The notes under the pieces were generated by a model. The model was not told the origin of the DNA, did not search any database, and saw only the letters and a program-made list of their open reading frames with translations. Source: Leucoraja ocellata (lineage: Eukaryota). Taken from it: 64,000 nt of DNA. Numbering within the stretch: position 1 is the stretch's first letter; each line of letters opens with the position of its first letter. Positions 37,516 through 49,099 of the stretch are shown one piece after another. The position numbers and the translations under genes are program-made. The stretch is from assembly GCA_036785375.1 (NCBI GenBank), contig JAWMAR010000122.1, positions 5,890,001-5,954,000 on the forward strand. The letters are read 5' to 3'.

Positions 37516-38546
37516 TAAATCAGATGGACACAATGCTGTCCACAGTAGGACAGGAAGCATTTCTGGAGAGAAGGAATGGGCGGTGTTTCGGGTCGAGACC
37601 CTTCTTCAGACTGAACCTACCATTACTAGGTTGTTTAAATTTAGAAAATGTGTATAAAATATAAGACCAAAATAACACTAATTTTCTCTTGCTCCATTAA
37701 TTTTCACAGTCTAACCTCAGAAGCAGTAAAAAATAAATTGAAATTCAGTTTCAGCATTTTAGAATATTTTAAACCAGTTTATATCAAAATGATGATTGTT
37801 ACACAGTTACAGCTGTACTGCATGTACCAGGCCCTTTGGCCTATTTCGTCCATGTCAACCAAGTTGCCTGTAATTGCCCCATATCCCTTTAAGCCCTTTC
37901 TATATATCTGTCCAAATGTTTCTTGAAAGTTGTAAATTTATCCACTGCTTTTTCTTCCTTTGAGTGAAAAAGTTGCCCCTGAAATTGCTTCCTTTTGGTG
38001 TAGTCTGCAAATTTACTAACAATGCTAGCTACATTGTCATTCTAAATCATTAATGTAGATAATAAACAACTTGTGGACCCAGCACACACTGGTCATGGGA
38101 CTCCAATCAGAAAATCAACCCTCCGCAGCTACTCTTTGACTCCTTACTGCAATACAATTTTGAATCCAATTAGTTTGTTCATCTGGGATTCCATGTGATC
38201 TAACTTACAAAACTAGCTTACCATGCTGTACCTTGTTAAAGATCTTGCTAAAGTCTATATGACAAGGGCCAGTCCTCTGATCTTCACTGACTTTTTCAAC
38301 AAAAAAAACGGATTCATGAGACACAATTTCCCACGCACAAAGCCATGCTGACCATCCCTAATCATACATGCCATTCCGTATGCTGTTAGATCTTGTCCAT
38401 CAGTATCCCCATCAGTAATTACCTCCATTAATTTCAGACTAGGTCTGTAGTTACCTGGGTTGTCGTTGCAGCTTTATTAAAATAAAGGTACACCAATAAC
38501 CACCTTCCAGTCTTCGGGACATCACCTGTGAATCATGATGCAAATT

Positions 38547-38822
38547 GCACAGTGGCGTAGCGGTAGAATTGCTGCCTTACAGCACCAGGAACCCGGGTTC
38601 AATCCTGACTAAGGGTGCTTCCTATATGGAATTTGCACGTTCTCCCTGTGACCATGTGGGTTTCCTCTGGGTGATCCGGTTTCCTCCCACATCCCAAAGG
38701 CATGCAGGTTTGTAGATTAATTGGCTTCTGTAAATTGTCCCTAGTGTGTAGGATAGAACAAGTGCAGTGCGTACTCTGTGCACTGAAGGACCTTTTTTCA
38801 TGCTGAATATCTAAAATCTAAA
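38547..38822 (+). mobile_element. Near full-length tRNA-derived V-SINE (HE1-like)
   Basis: A-box TGGCGTAGCGG, B-box GGTTCAATCC, V-core TTGCACGTTCTCCCTGTG...GGTTTCCTCCCACATCCC, and CTAAA-type tail. Confidence 0.85.
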
Positions 38823-38944
38823 TATCTCTGCAAGGGCCTCTGTAATTATTTTTCTCTAGTTTCCCACAAGTTCCGAAGGTCAGGTCCTGGGGATTTATCC
38901 ACTTTAATGTGTTCTAAAATTATCAATAATTCCTCTTTAGAGAA

Positions 38945-39725
38945 AAGACACAAAGTGCTGGAGTAACTCAGCAATTCGAGCAGTATCTAGTTCAAACCTG
39001 GATAGGTTGTGTTTCAGGTTGGAACCCTTTTCAGACTGATTGTAGTTCACATCCCTTCCCACCCAAACCACCCCTTCTCCAGGTACTTTGCCTTGCGACC
39101 ATAGGGGGGTGTAACACCTTTCCTTGTACCTCCTCTCTCACATCCATCCAGGGACTTTCCAGCAGTCTTTCCAGGTGAGACAGCGTTTTATGTGCACCTC
39201 CTCTAACTTCACCTACTCCATATGCTGTTCCCTATATGCCCTCCTTTACATTGGCGAGACCAAGCATAAACTAGCTGATTATTTGATCAAACACTTGCGC
39301 TCTCGGTCCACCAAAGCCTGGCTGATTTCCTGTTTGATAACCATTTTAAATCTTCCCATCACCATACTGACCTTTCTGTCCTGATATGATCAGTGAATTC
39401 TCCAGTTTTAGGTAATTAACCACAAACACCCTCCTCCCCATTTTCCCCTCACTCTTCCCTGTGCCCCATTTCTCCCCTTACCCCTGGATTCCTTCCTCTG
39501 GTTGCACTATTCGCAACTCTTCTATCCTTGTATTCTGGTCTCTCGCATCTTTTGTCTTTTCATCTCCAGCCTTTGTCATGGCTTTGTCCTGCCCCTAATG
39601 TTTCCAGTTCTCTCCTCCACCCCACAATCAGTGTGAAGAAGGGTCCTGACTCAAAGCATTCTCCAGCGAAGTTGCTGACTTTTTATTCCAGCATTTTGTG
39701 TCCTTTTTTGTAAATTAGCATCTGC
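38945..39725 (+). mobile_element. Decayed Penelope GIY-YIG/pLTR fragment with an inverted pLTR at its 5' side
   Basis: ORF 39124-39384 reads QVRQRFMCTSSN..YSICC..LYIGETK. Confidence 0.75.
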
Positions 39726-40161
39726 ACCTTGTGCCTTGTCTTTGGAGGTTTGATGAACTAATTGGAACTGTTATAATATGTATGGAATGGGGTGTATCAA
39801 TGAAAGCACTGTGCTTTACCCAGAGGAGGGGAGGCAAGAATCGGAGAGCATCGATTTAAGATGAAAGTGGAAAGATTAGAAACCTGGGGTGGGGGGGGGG
39901 GGGGGGGCACCATTTTTACACTGTTGGAATGGTATATGGAATGAGCTGCCAGAGGAGATAGTTGAAGCAGGTACTATACAACATTTAAAAGCTATTCGGA
40001 TATGTACATGGATATGGGCCAAATGTGAGCAAGTGGGACTAGCGTAGGCGGGGCATCGTGGTTGGTATGGGCAAGTTGGGCAGCAAGACCTGTTTCTATA
40101 ATCTGTGCATTGCTGATCTATAAGAATTCAAAATTGCAAAATCATGAATGTATATTTTCAG

Positions 40162-40197
40162 ATTTTATGACCAAGAGACCTACAAAAGAGCAAAAGG
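40162..40197 (+). CDS. MIER1: Candidate 36-nt MIER1 cassette exon (DFMTKRPTKEQK)
   Basis: TATTTTCAG|ATTTT...AAAGG|GTAATT; phase 1-1, stop-free, 141 nt upstream of exon 6. Confidence 0.55.
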
Positions 40198-40338
40198 GTA
40201 ATTTTTATTTATAATAACATTGATATTTTGAAAAAAGCTTATGTACAAATTGAATTAGTTTCAAAGTTCTTATTTTAAACAAGCAAAGCTCTTTCCATAA
40301 TATTACGAAGAATAATACTGGCATGTCAATATCCTTAG

Positions 40339-40400
40339 GCAATGAAGAAGAGGAATCTGAAGAAGATGAAGACTATGTGCCCTCAGAAGATTGGAAAAAG
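40339..40400 (+). CDS. MIER1: MIER1 exon 6 (GNEEEESEEDEDYVPSEDWKK)
   Basis: CCTTAG|GC...AAG|GTAATA; human has EEESEEDEDYIPSEDWKK. Confidence 0.96.
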
Positions 40401-41466
40401 GTAATATTATCCATAATAACAATGATTTACAAATGTTGTTAACTGAAGCCTCATTTCACATATCCCCCAAAACTTTATTTTCTGACTTTGTGCCTGTATG
40501 GCTGATTTCCATTTTAGCCTCCACTAAGCTGTTCTGAACAGGCTGGCTAATAATTAAAAAGATGAGTCAACAATAGGTAAAATAGTAGCATCATCACCTC
40601 AACTCTTGAGTCCAAAATGCTGAAATGCAGGATTACTTTTGGGGTGCAGATGGTGAAATTGCTTCCTCAGCGAGAGAAACTTGGGTTTGATCCTGACCTC
40701 AAGTGCTGTCTCTGTGCATGTTCTCGCATGACCCTGTGAGTTTCCTCCCCCTCTTGGTTTCATTTGAATGGAATGAAAAGTCAGTGTTTCGGGTGAGGAC
40801 CCTTCTTCAGACAGATTAGAGTCGGGGGGGGGGGGGGGGAAGCAGGCGGAGTCGGAAATGAGAGGTGGAGGTGGGATAAAACCTGGCAAGGAATATGTGT
40901 TTAGAGATACACCATAGAAACAGGCTCTTCTGCCCACCTGATTTGTACTGACGATTCATACTACTGTGCCTTTGCAACCCCATCCACACCAGGGGCTATT
41001 TATAGGCCAATTAAACCTACAAACCCACACGTTTTTGGGATGTGGGAAACCAGAGCACCCAGAGGAAACCCATGTGGCCATGGGGAAAATGTATAAACCA
41101 CACAAACAGCACCCGAGGTCAGGATCAAACCAGAGTCTCAGGTGCTATGGGACGACATCTCTGATAGCTGCACCATACTGCCGCCATACAAATGACTGAA
41201 GTGGTTTTGATTAGCAGATGGGTAGGATAAAAGACAAAGGTTAGAGGTGGAAAGGAAACAAAAGTCACTTCAAACTTTTGTCTCTTACTCCACTTATCTG
41301 CTAATTACCCCTCTCCCCCTCACCTGTATCCTATCACTTGCCAGGCTTTCTCTGCCCAACCTCCTTTTTTCATCTCTGCTAGCTGCACCATAATCCCGGC
41401 CCACTCCAATCACTCTGAAAAGGGGTCTCTAACCCGAAACGGCATCTATTCATTCCCTCCACAGAT

Positions 41467-42877
41467 CAGGCACTGCCTACCCTGACTAAAATTATAAAAT
41501 GGTAATTACTAAATATAAATAAAGGCATGGGACAATTATGCCTATCTAAGAGATCGATCTCTTAGGTGGGCATAATTCTTCGTGCCTTTCATCCGCATTA
41601 CTTGCAACACGCAAAGGTCTGTGCAGCCCACGTGCCGTCAGCGCTGCTTGAAGCCGTCAATGACAAGCGGGGCAGAAATTCTGCCTTTACTGTACGGCGC
41701 AGGGCGCAGCAGCCTACTGCGCATGCGCAGCGCTAGTTTCTTGGTGGGTTTTTTCAATTGTGGATTGACATTATCTTACGCGTATTTTAAGAAACAAAGA
41801 GAGAAGAATGGAGTTCATGTACCGATAATGTGACAAGTACATTTCTTGGTGCTATATGTTTTTAAATACCGTATTTCCCAGGGTGGGGGGGAATTCCTTT
41901 CACAGCGTTTGGGGAGTCTGGCCCGGGGTAAAGTTGCGGGGAGGGCAGGAGCATTGTGAAGGAGGGAATCGGGATCATGCCAGTAACCCACATACGACGC
42001 TCCTTGCACGGAGCCACCGCATTGAGGCCGGGGTGGGGGGAGAAATAGCTCGGGTGGCTGAGAGCGGCCGCCGGGCCGGACAGCGGAACCAGCCACCACC
42101 TCTGCGCCTTCTGCTGGCCGCCGCTCACCTTTGGCAGCTCTCCGTCTAAAAACCTCTCTCCTGCTGCTTGCTGGCCTCACTCATGTCAGCCGCTTCCAGC
42201 AAATCTTTAAATTCCAACAACGAGATTGAGGTTACTCGGCTGTGGGAATTTAAGGATTTGCGGGAAGCGGCTGACATGAGCGAAGTCGGCGAGCGGCAGG
42301 CGAGAGGTATTCAGACGGAGAGCACTGCCAGAGGTGAGCGGGCCGGCAGAAGGCGCAAAACTGGCTGCCAGTTCTGCTGTCGGGTCCTGGTGGCTGCTCG
42401 CAGCTACCCTAGCTGCTTCCCTCCCTGGCCACAATGCGGTGGCTCCGCGTCCGGAGCTCCGCAGCAGCGGTGAGTGAGTAAGTTACTGGCATGATCCATG
42501 ACCACCTCCTTCTCAACACACCTGCCCTCCCCTCAACTTTACCCCTGGCACAGACTCTCCATACGCTGTGAAAGGAACTCTCCCCCAAATTGGTCCCTTG
42601 AACAAGTGTTGTCATTCAATAAGATGACAACTGATTCATCTTGTCCCGGTGTGCTCCCGTTTTTCCCACCATCTCTCTACCTGCTGTCACCCTTCACCCC
42701 GCACCCATTCAGTAATTCAGAATAAAGGAGACTTGGAAGCCTTGGGCAAATTGAATTGTTACTGTCTTTATTTTTAATTTTTATGGGGAGAACATTCTGC
42801 GCATGCGCGGTTTAAGTTATTTTTTTTTTTAGCCGACTGACTGCCTACCCTGAGTAATTACTCACGACACGTGCCTG
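41467..42877. mobile_element. Non-autonomous hAT-like DNA transposon (1411 bp) inserted in a Penelope pLTR
   Basis: Termini CAGGCAC...GTGCCTG; 8-bp TSD CCACAGAT (41459-41466 / 42878-42885); subterminal direct repeat ACTGCCTACCCTGA (41472, 42840). Confidence 0.85.
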
Positions 42878-42919
42878 CCACAGATGCTGCCTGACCCGCT
42901 GAATTTCTCCATTCCAAAT

Positions 42920-44000
42920 GAACAGTTTGGTTTTGGAGAGGGAAGGCGGTGCTCTCACTCACAGTTTGTGCTTATTACGAAGTTGGGACGGGGTTTCAGA
43001 AGCAGATTAAAAACTGGAGCTACCGTCATGAATTTATCATCAGTATTTGATGCTACCTGGCATGAAAGCCACCCACCGAATGATTTGGTATGCCAAGACT
43101 CTCAGCGCATTCAGCGGCAAATAAATTTAACTTGAGATCATCTACTCAACAACTATCTGTCATGTGAGCAAGCCTCCCACTGATTCCCAGAGGTGTTATT
43201 TATGTTGCCATTGCTAGAGGAAGCAAGTTAAAAAATATTTGAGCAACTGACACCCATAAGTGTGCTGCAGTCAAAAGGAACCGTGGATTTAATCAACATC
43301 CAATTCACAATAACTTAGCAAAGCCCCCTCATAAATAAAGCCCTCTCAGAAGACATGCTCTTATTTGCTGATTTACAGAAAATGACATACAGTGCTGGAA
43401 TAACTCAGTGGGTCAAGCAGCATGCCTGAGCTGCTGAGTTACTCCAGCAGTTTGTCTTTGTTCCCCATCGGTACACTGTTCTGGACCTGGCATCCCATCT
43501 GAAGAAAATGATGCTGGGGAAAAAAATCAAGTTTTCCAAAAACATTTTGCCCATGAGCATCATCCTGGTATCTCATGGTATGCCTCATCTAATTAAAACA
43601 CTCAAAATTTGGAACCTTCAAGACTTCTCAAACTGTGTGACTATTATAACTGGGCTGCATTACCCTGCCTGCTATTCACTGTAATTCTGATGACCTCTCA
43701 GTTAAAAAATGTATCATGGATTTAATCAACATCCAATTCACTATAACTTAGCAAAGCCACCTCACAAATAATGCCCTCTTAGAAAACATGTTCTTATCTG
43801 CTAAGCAGCAGTCAGTACCGTGCGGGTGGCGCCCCCTATCCAGATTAAAGAAAAAGCAGCATGCATCCAGTGCATGAAACGGGTATTTCGTCAATGGAAC
43901 ATACAGATACATTTAGCTTTGACTTCAATCACGGACCAAGTTCAAATAGGACAGAATCTGTACTGGCCAGGAATGATGAGACCACTTGGTTTACAAATGG
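42920..44000 (+). mobile_element. Highly decayed non-CR1 LINE (possibly Vingi/I/Jockey-like) RT remnant
   Basis: GFRSRLKTGATVMNLSSVFDATWHE resembles the KTGAVFVDLSAAYDTVWH RT motif; family assignment is weak. Confidence 0.4.
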
Positions 44001-45295
44001 AAGTGTTAAATAACCTGAAGTGAGGTCATAATATATGCCCAAAATATGGAACACGTCACCTCAGTCTGACAAAGAATTCTGTTGCTGTCTGGCACCTCAT
44101 TTCTCCACCTGGCTGTTGCCTGCATTGACGTACTTGCATGGCGGTAGCTCCAGTTTCTCCACCTAGCTGTTGCCTGCATTGACGTACTAGACATTCAACT
44201 GTCACTCATTTCACATTGTGTGAAAGCAGTAAAATACCTTAAAGCATTGTTTTGGTTACCTTGTTAATGTGTCCAACTGGGAACTTGAAAACTAACTACT
44301 GTTCATTTTTACCTCTAGTCAGGAATTTTTATTGGTTGGAATGATATTCTCCCTCTTCTCAAATATATATTGGGCTAGGTTATGTTCATTATAACTACTG
44401 GCTACATCCTATTTGAGTCAGCTCATTTACTACTGACAATACCTGAGCATTGCAGTGCAGAAGTCAGAGATAAACTGGAGGTTATTTGCTAGGGCATATG
44501 ATCTACACCATTTCAGGTCCCTTAGCGTTACACAAGGAATGTCTAGTTTCAGTAGCAAGCCCATATTCATTTGAAGGTGCTTGTCATTTTTCTTTAATAA
44601 GGTGATAAGTTTATTTTTTTGTATTTTATGTTTTAATTTTTTAGAAATGTTTTTCACAATTTCAAATAATTTAAATGTTTTTCGACTTTTTGAGACAGTT
44701 AAAAATAGCTCTGACATTTTTGAGAACAGTGACTAGTCGAGAGGCAATCAGTGTGCTTTGAGTGCAAGGCCTCAGGATCCATTGCCTGAAGTCACCACTC
44801 AAAGCCCACTCTGCTTTCTGGGATGCCTGTTGCATCAAAACATGAATGCTGTTTGCCACAACAGAGCTGCAAAAGGTAAGTGAAGCTGCAGAAATAGCAT
44901 AGGAGTTGGGGAGGTAAGCCTGGGTTGTGAAGTGGTTCAAGCATTACCTGGCTCAATATTTTCAGTAGTGGGAGAACAAAATTGTGTGTTATCACTCTCT
45001 TTAAATAATATATAAAACCTATAATGCTTTTTATAAGTTTATATAAACTTTCTATGAAAAAAACAATTCACAGCAGGTGCTTTTATATTCTGGTGTAGTG
45101 CTTGTGCCACTAATTTCTGATACATGTGTCCTCGGCAATAAAATCAAAGTAAAGTTGCCAGATGTCTCTAGCAGCAGAAAAATATGTTTTTCCAATTACC
45201 ACTGTATGAAGAACGTATAAAATGAACAGGCTATTATTGAGTGTAACTGTAGTTATGAAATATGGGTAATAAATATGATTTATGTTTCTTTATAG

Positions 45296-45368
45296 GAAAT
45301 TATGGTGGGCTCCCAATATCAGGCTGAAGTTCCCATTGGCTTTTACAAGTATAAAGAGAATGAAAAGG
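45296..45368 (+). CDS. MIER1: MIER1 exon 7, ELM2 start (EIMVGSQYQAEVPIGFYKYKENEK)
   Basis: TTTATAG|GAA...AAGG|GTAAGC; human has EIMVGSMFQAEIP; 73 nt. Confidence 0.96.
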
Positions 45369-45869
45369 GTAAGCTTTTCTTCAGAATGTGCTTCTTGAAA
45401 AATGCCATATTTGTGTGAGAAACAGCGAGTATTGTGAACTGTGTAATACTGTGACGTTTTATGTTGCACCTTTCCAACTATTCGTTACTTTGTATCTACA
45501 ACGTTCCTCTTGTTTGAAGCGCTCTGTCATTTGAATTTAAACTGATGTACAGATCTATAATCTATGCAGCCAGCTTTTAAATTTATCAATTACATTGAAA
45601 TTTAAAAAAAATAGAGGAGTCATGTGCCTCCTCAAACTTGCTCCAGTTATCAATAAGATTCTCTCTACATGCCAAGTCAACTTTTCTATCAGATTTCCTT
45701 TCTTGCTTGATCCTCTTATTATTTTTCTGATTTCTTAATGGCCAGCTTTAATGCGGATGTTATGCCTCCCTCTTGACATTCCACTCAGAGGAAGCAGTCT
45801 CTCTGTATCTACCCAAACAAGCACTTTCAGAATCTTGTATTTAAATTAGATCATCTATCAATTTTCCAA

Positions 45870-46610
45870 ATTTCAAGTCTAACAAGGACAGGACATACCC
45901 AGCGAATGGTAGGACTCTGGGAGTATTATAGAGCAGAGAGCTATAAGAATGCAGGTACATGTTCCTTGAAAATGTCATCACATGTAAAAAGGGTAGTCAA
46001 GGCTTTCATTGGACTTCATCAGTTCGAGTATTGGGTATAGAAATTGGGAGGTTGTATTACAGTTGCATAAGGCATTGGTAAGGCCACATTTAGAGGATTG
46101 TGTTCAGTTCTTGGCACCATGTTATAGGGAAGATGTTGTCAAGCTGGAATGGGTGCAGAGACGATTTACAAGGATGTTGCCAGGACTCGAGGGCCTGGCT
46201 TATACGGAGTGGTTGAGCAGACCAGGACTTTATTCCTTGGAGCACATGAGGATGAGGCGTGATCTTATAGAGGTGTACAAAATAATAAAGGGAATTGATT
46301 GGGTAAATGCCCACTTTTGCCCACAGTTGGGGAATCGAGAACCGGAGGACATGGGTTTAAGGTAAGGGGGGGGGCGATTTTATATAAACCTGAGGGGCGA
46401 CATTTTTACAATAAGTTGGTGGGTATATGGAACGAGCGGCTGGAAGAGGTAGTTGAGGCAGGTACCATCACAATGTTTAAGATCTATCGCGACATTCAAG
46501 AGACATATGGACAGGTAAATGGATAGGATCTGTGTGGAAGGTTATGGGCCAATTGAGGGCAGGTGGGCCTAGTGCAGACGGTTGGGTGGAAGGACCCATT
46601 TCTACACTAT
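45870..46610 (+). mobile_element. CR1 3' fragment
   Basis: ORF 46009-46365 reads LHKALVRPHLEDCVQF..RRFTRMLPGL. Confidence 0.85.
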
Positions 46611-48571
46611 GACAATAATTTATGCCAGTGTTGCACACTCTGGTGAAAATCCCTCATCACACGAATCTTAACTGGTGAATGTGAATCCTACTTACAAGGC
46701 AAATGTAGCTTTTCTTGGATTATGGAAATATAAACTAGTGTGGTCTCACCAAAGCCCTGTTTTCTTGCACACCAACTCTAAATGCATGCAGGCCATACTG
46801 TTTATTTTTTAGTTGCTGTACATCTGTGTAGACCATCTGCATTTCACGAATCAACAAGCTAAGTTAAGTACACTCTTACTCATTGCTTACCATTTAAAAA
46901 ATATGCTTTTCTGTTCTTCCTAATTAAGTGATTAGTACCACATTTTCACATATCATTACTCATCTGCCTGTTCATATGCACTTGATATATCATTGCTGAC
47001 ACCATGTGTCATTCTCACAGCTCACTTTCCCACCAGTACAGTTTCCTTTTTATCTCTTCTGTCCTCAAACAGATTTTAAAAGGCCAAAGATATCTGAGCA
47101 TATCGTGACTCCAAGACTAAATTCTCCCAACAGAGGAAATATCTCCTTCATATCTACTCTGTTAAGACTCTTCAGGATTGTAGTTTCTGCGTCCATCTTT
47201 GTGCTTTAAAATTCTAGCTGATACAAGCCTAGCCTGTCCAGTCTTCCCTCATACGACTAATTTTCTATTCCTGCTATTATTCTAGTAAACCTTCTCTAAA
47301 CTGTTTCTAACACATTAACATTATTTTTTAAACTAAGCAGGTGTGTTAACATGCTCTTCTTGGCACATGACTTCACAATAACTGCTGGCACGATAGCTAT
47401 TCGCAAATCATACACTACGATGCTCACGTTATTTGCTGCTCTTTCATCATTTTGGTAATAGGTTTTTCTTTTCCTTTTCCTGCCTTAAACTCTACCAACC
47501 CTATATCAGCAGTAGTGTTAATGTTAGTTTGTTAAATACTTTGAGCATGGATTCAAAATGAGAGCATGCTCTGTATGTGTTGTGATGTGTATACGTATGT
47601 GTTGTGCTTTGTGTTTTATAACCAATTTAAAACCGTCTGAAATTTAGTACTACTGTAGGTTTCATTTTATCAAACAATGTTCAAGAATTAGGGGCAACAT
47701 TTTTTTTTTAATCCTAATCAGATTAAGTTACAGAAACATGCTGTTTTATATTAGTTATTTAACACTCCCTCCAACTTTATTAAGTTAATTCCAACCTATC
47801 AGAAAAATTAGCTTTCTCCAGAAAACACTACCATTGGCACGCAAATTGTTCTGAGAATTGGTCTGAATTGTTTTGGAGAAAATACTATCTTTTGCCAGAA
47901 ACGTCCTGCTTTTGCCAGGATGTATGCAGGGAAACATGTGAAAGACACAACAGCACAATTTAGAATGGATAGGGTTCTAGGTGGTAACCCAAAGGGAGAT
48001 TCTCCAAGTCAATGTTATGGAATGTTTTGCAATCCTTTTTTTTAATCATTGACTGCTGAGAGGATAGGACACCTTTTTGGCTGTAACCCTCCTTCAAGAG
48101 AGAAAACAAATGTGTTCAGCCATCTTCACAACTGTCTACATAGAAATATCCAATGCCTAGCAGTCTATCTTTGAAAATGTGGTATAACAGTATGAACAAA
48201 TGTTTACTTTTTCTGAGTGGTGATCCAATGCTATTACTGAAGAATACTGCTATTCCGTTTAGATCACCTCCTACAATAGGCCAAGGTAATTGGCAGTTGG
48301 AGCTAAGTTTATGGTGCATGTTTAAAAGCAAAAGTGTCCGTGGTTTGGATATTCCACCAATAGTGGGATTGGGTAATCCACTGACATAACTATGAAAGAG
48401 CCTGACATCCTTTGTCAGGACTTGTAAGTAATAAGTGGTTGATTAGATTAGTTGTCAAAGTTCTTACATCATCTGAATATTTCTATGCTAGCATAAGATG
48501 TCTGAGGAAAATTTATTTGTTATTTTCTTTTTAATTTGTTAATGGTTTCTTTGGTTAATCTTAAAGATTGA

Positions 48572-48859
<288 letters not shown>

Positions 48860-49099
48860 TGAATTTTACATATCAAACAAGGCCTTAGATAAAATCATTA
48901 TCTCAAATTAGTATCTCAGTTTAACATCATTATACATTTTGACTAATTATTGTAATTTGAATTGTTAATTGAAGGCAACTTGTATTTCTTGTATTGTCCT
49001 CTCTGTTAAACATGCATTCTGTAAGATATAAGATAGTAAGAAAATTCAGTTAACAAAAGATTGAAGCAGCTCATTCAGATTAGCCATTTCATTTAGAAC

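Noticed and set aside
41582-42725. Several ORFs as a possible hAT transposase
   Set aside because: No BED, DDE or hATC motifs; the ORFs result from high GC.
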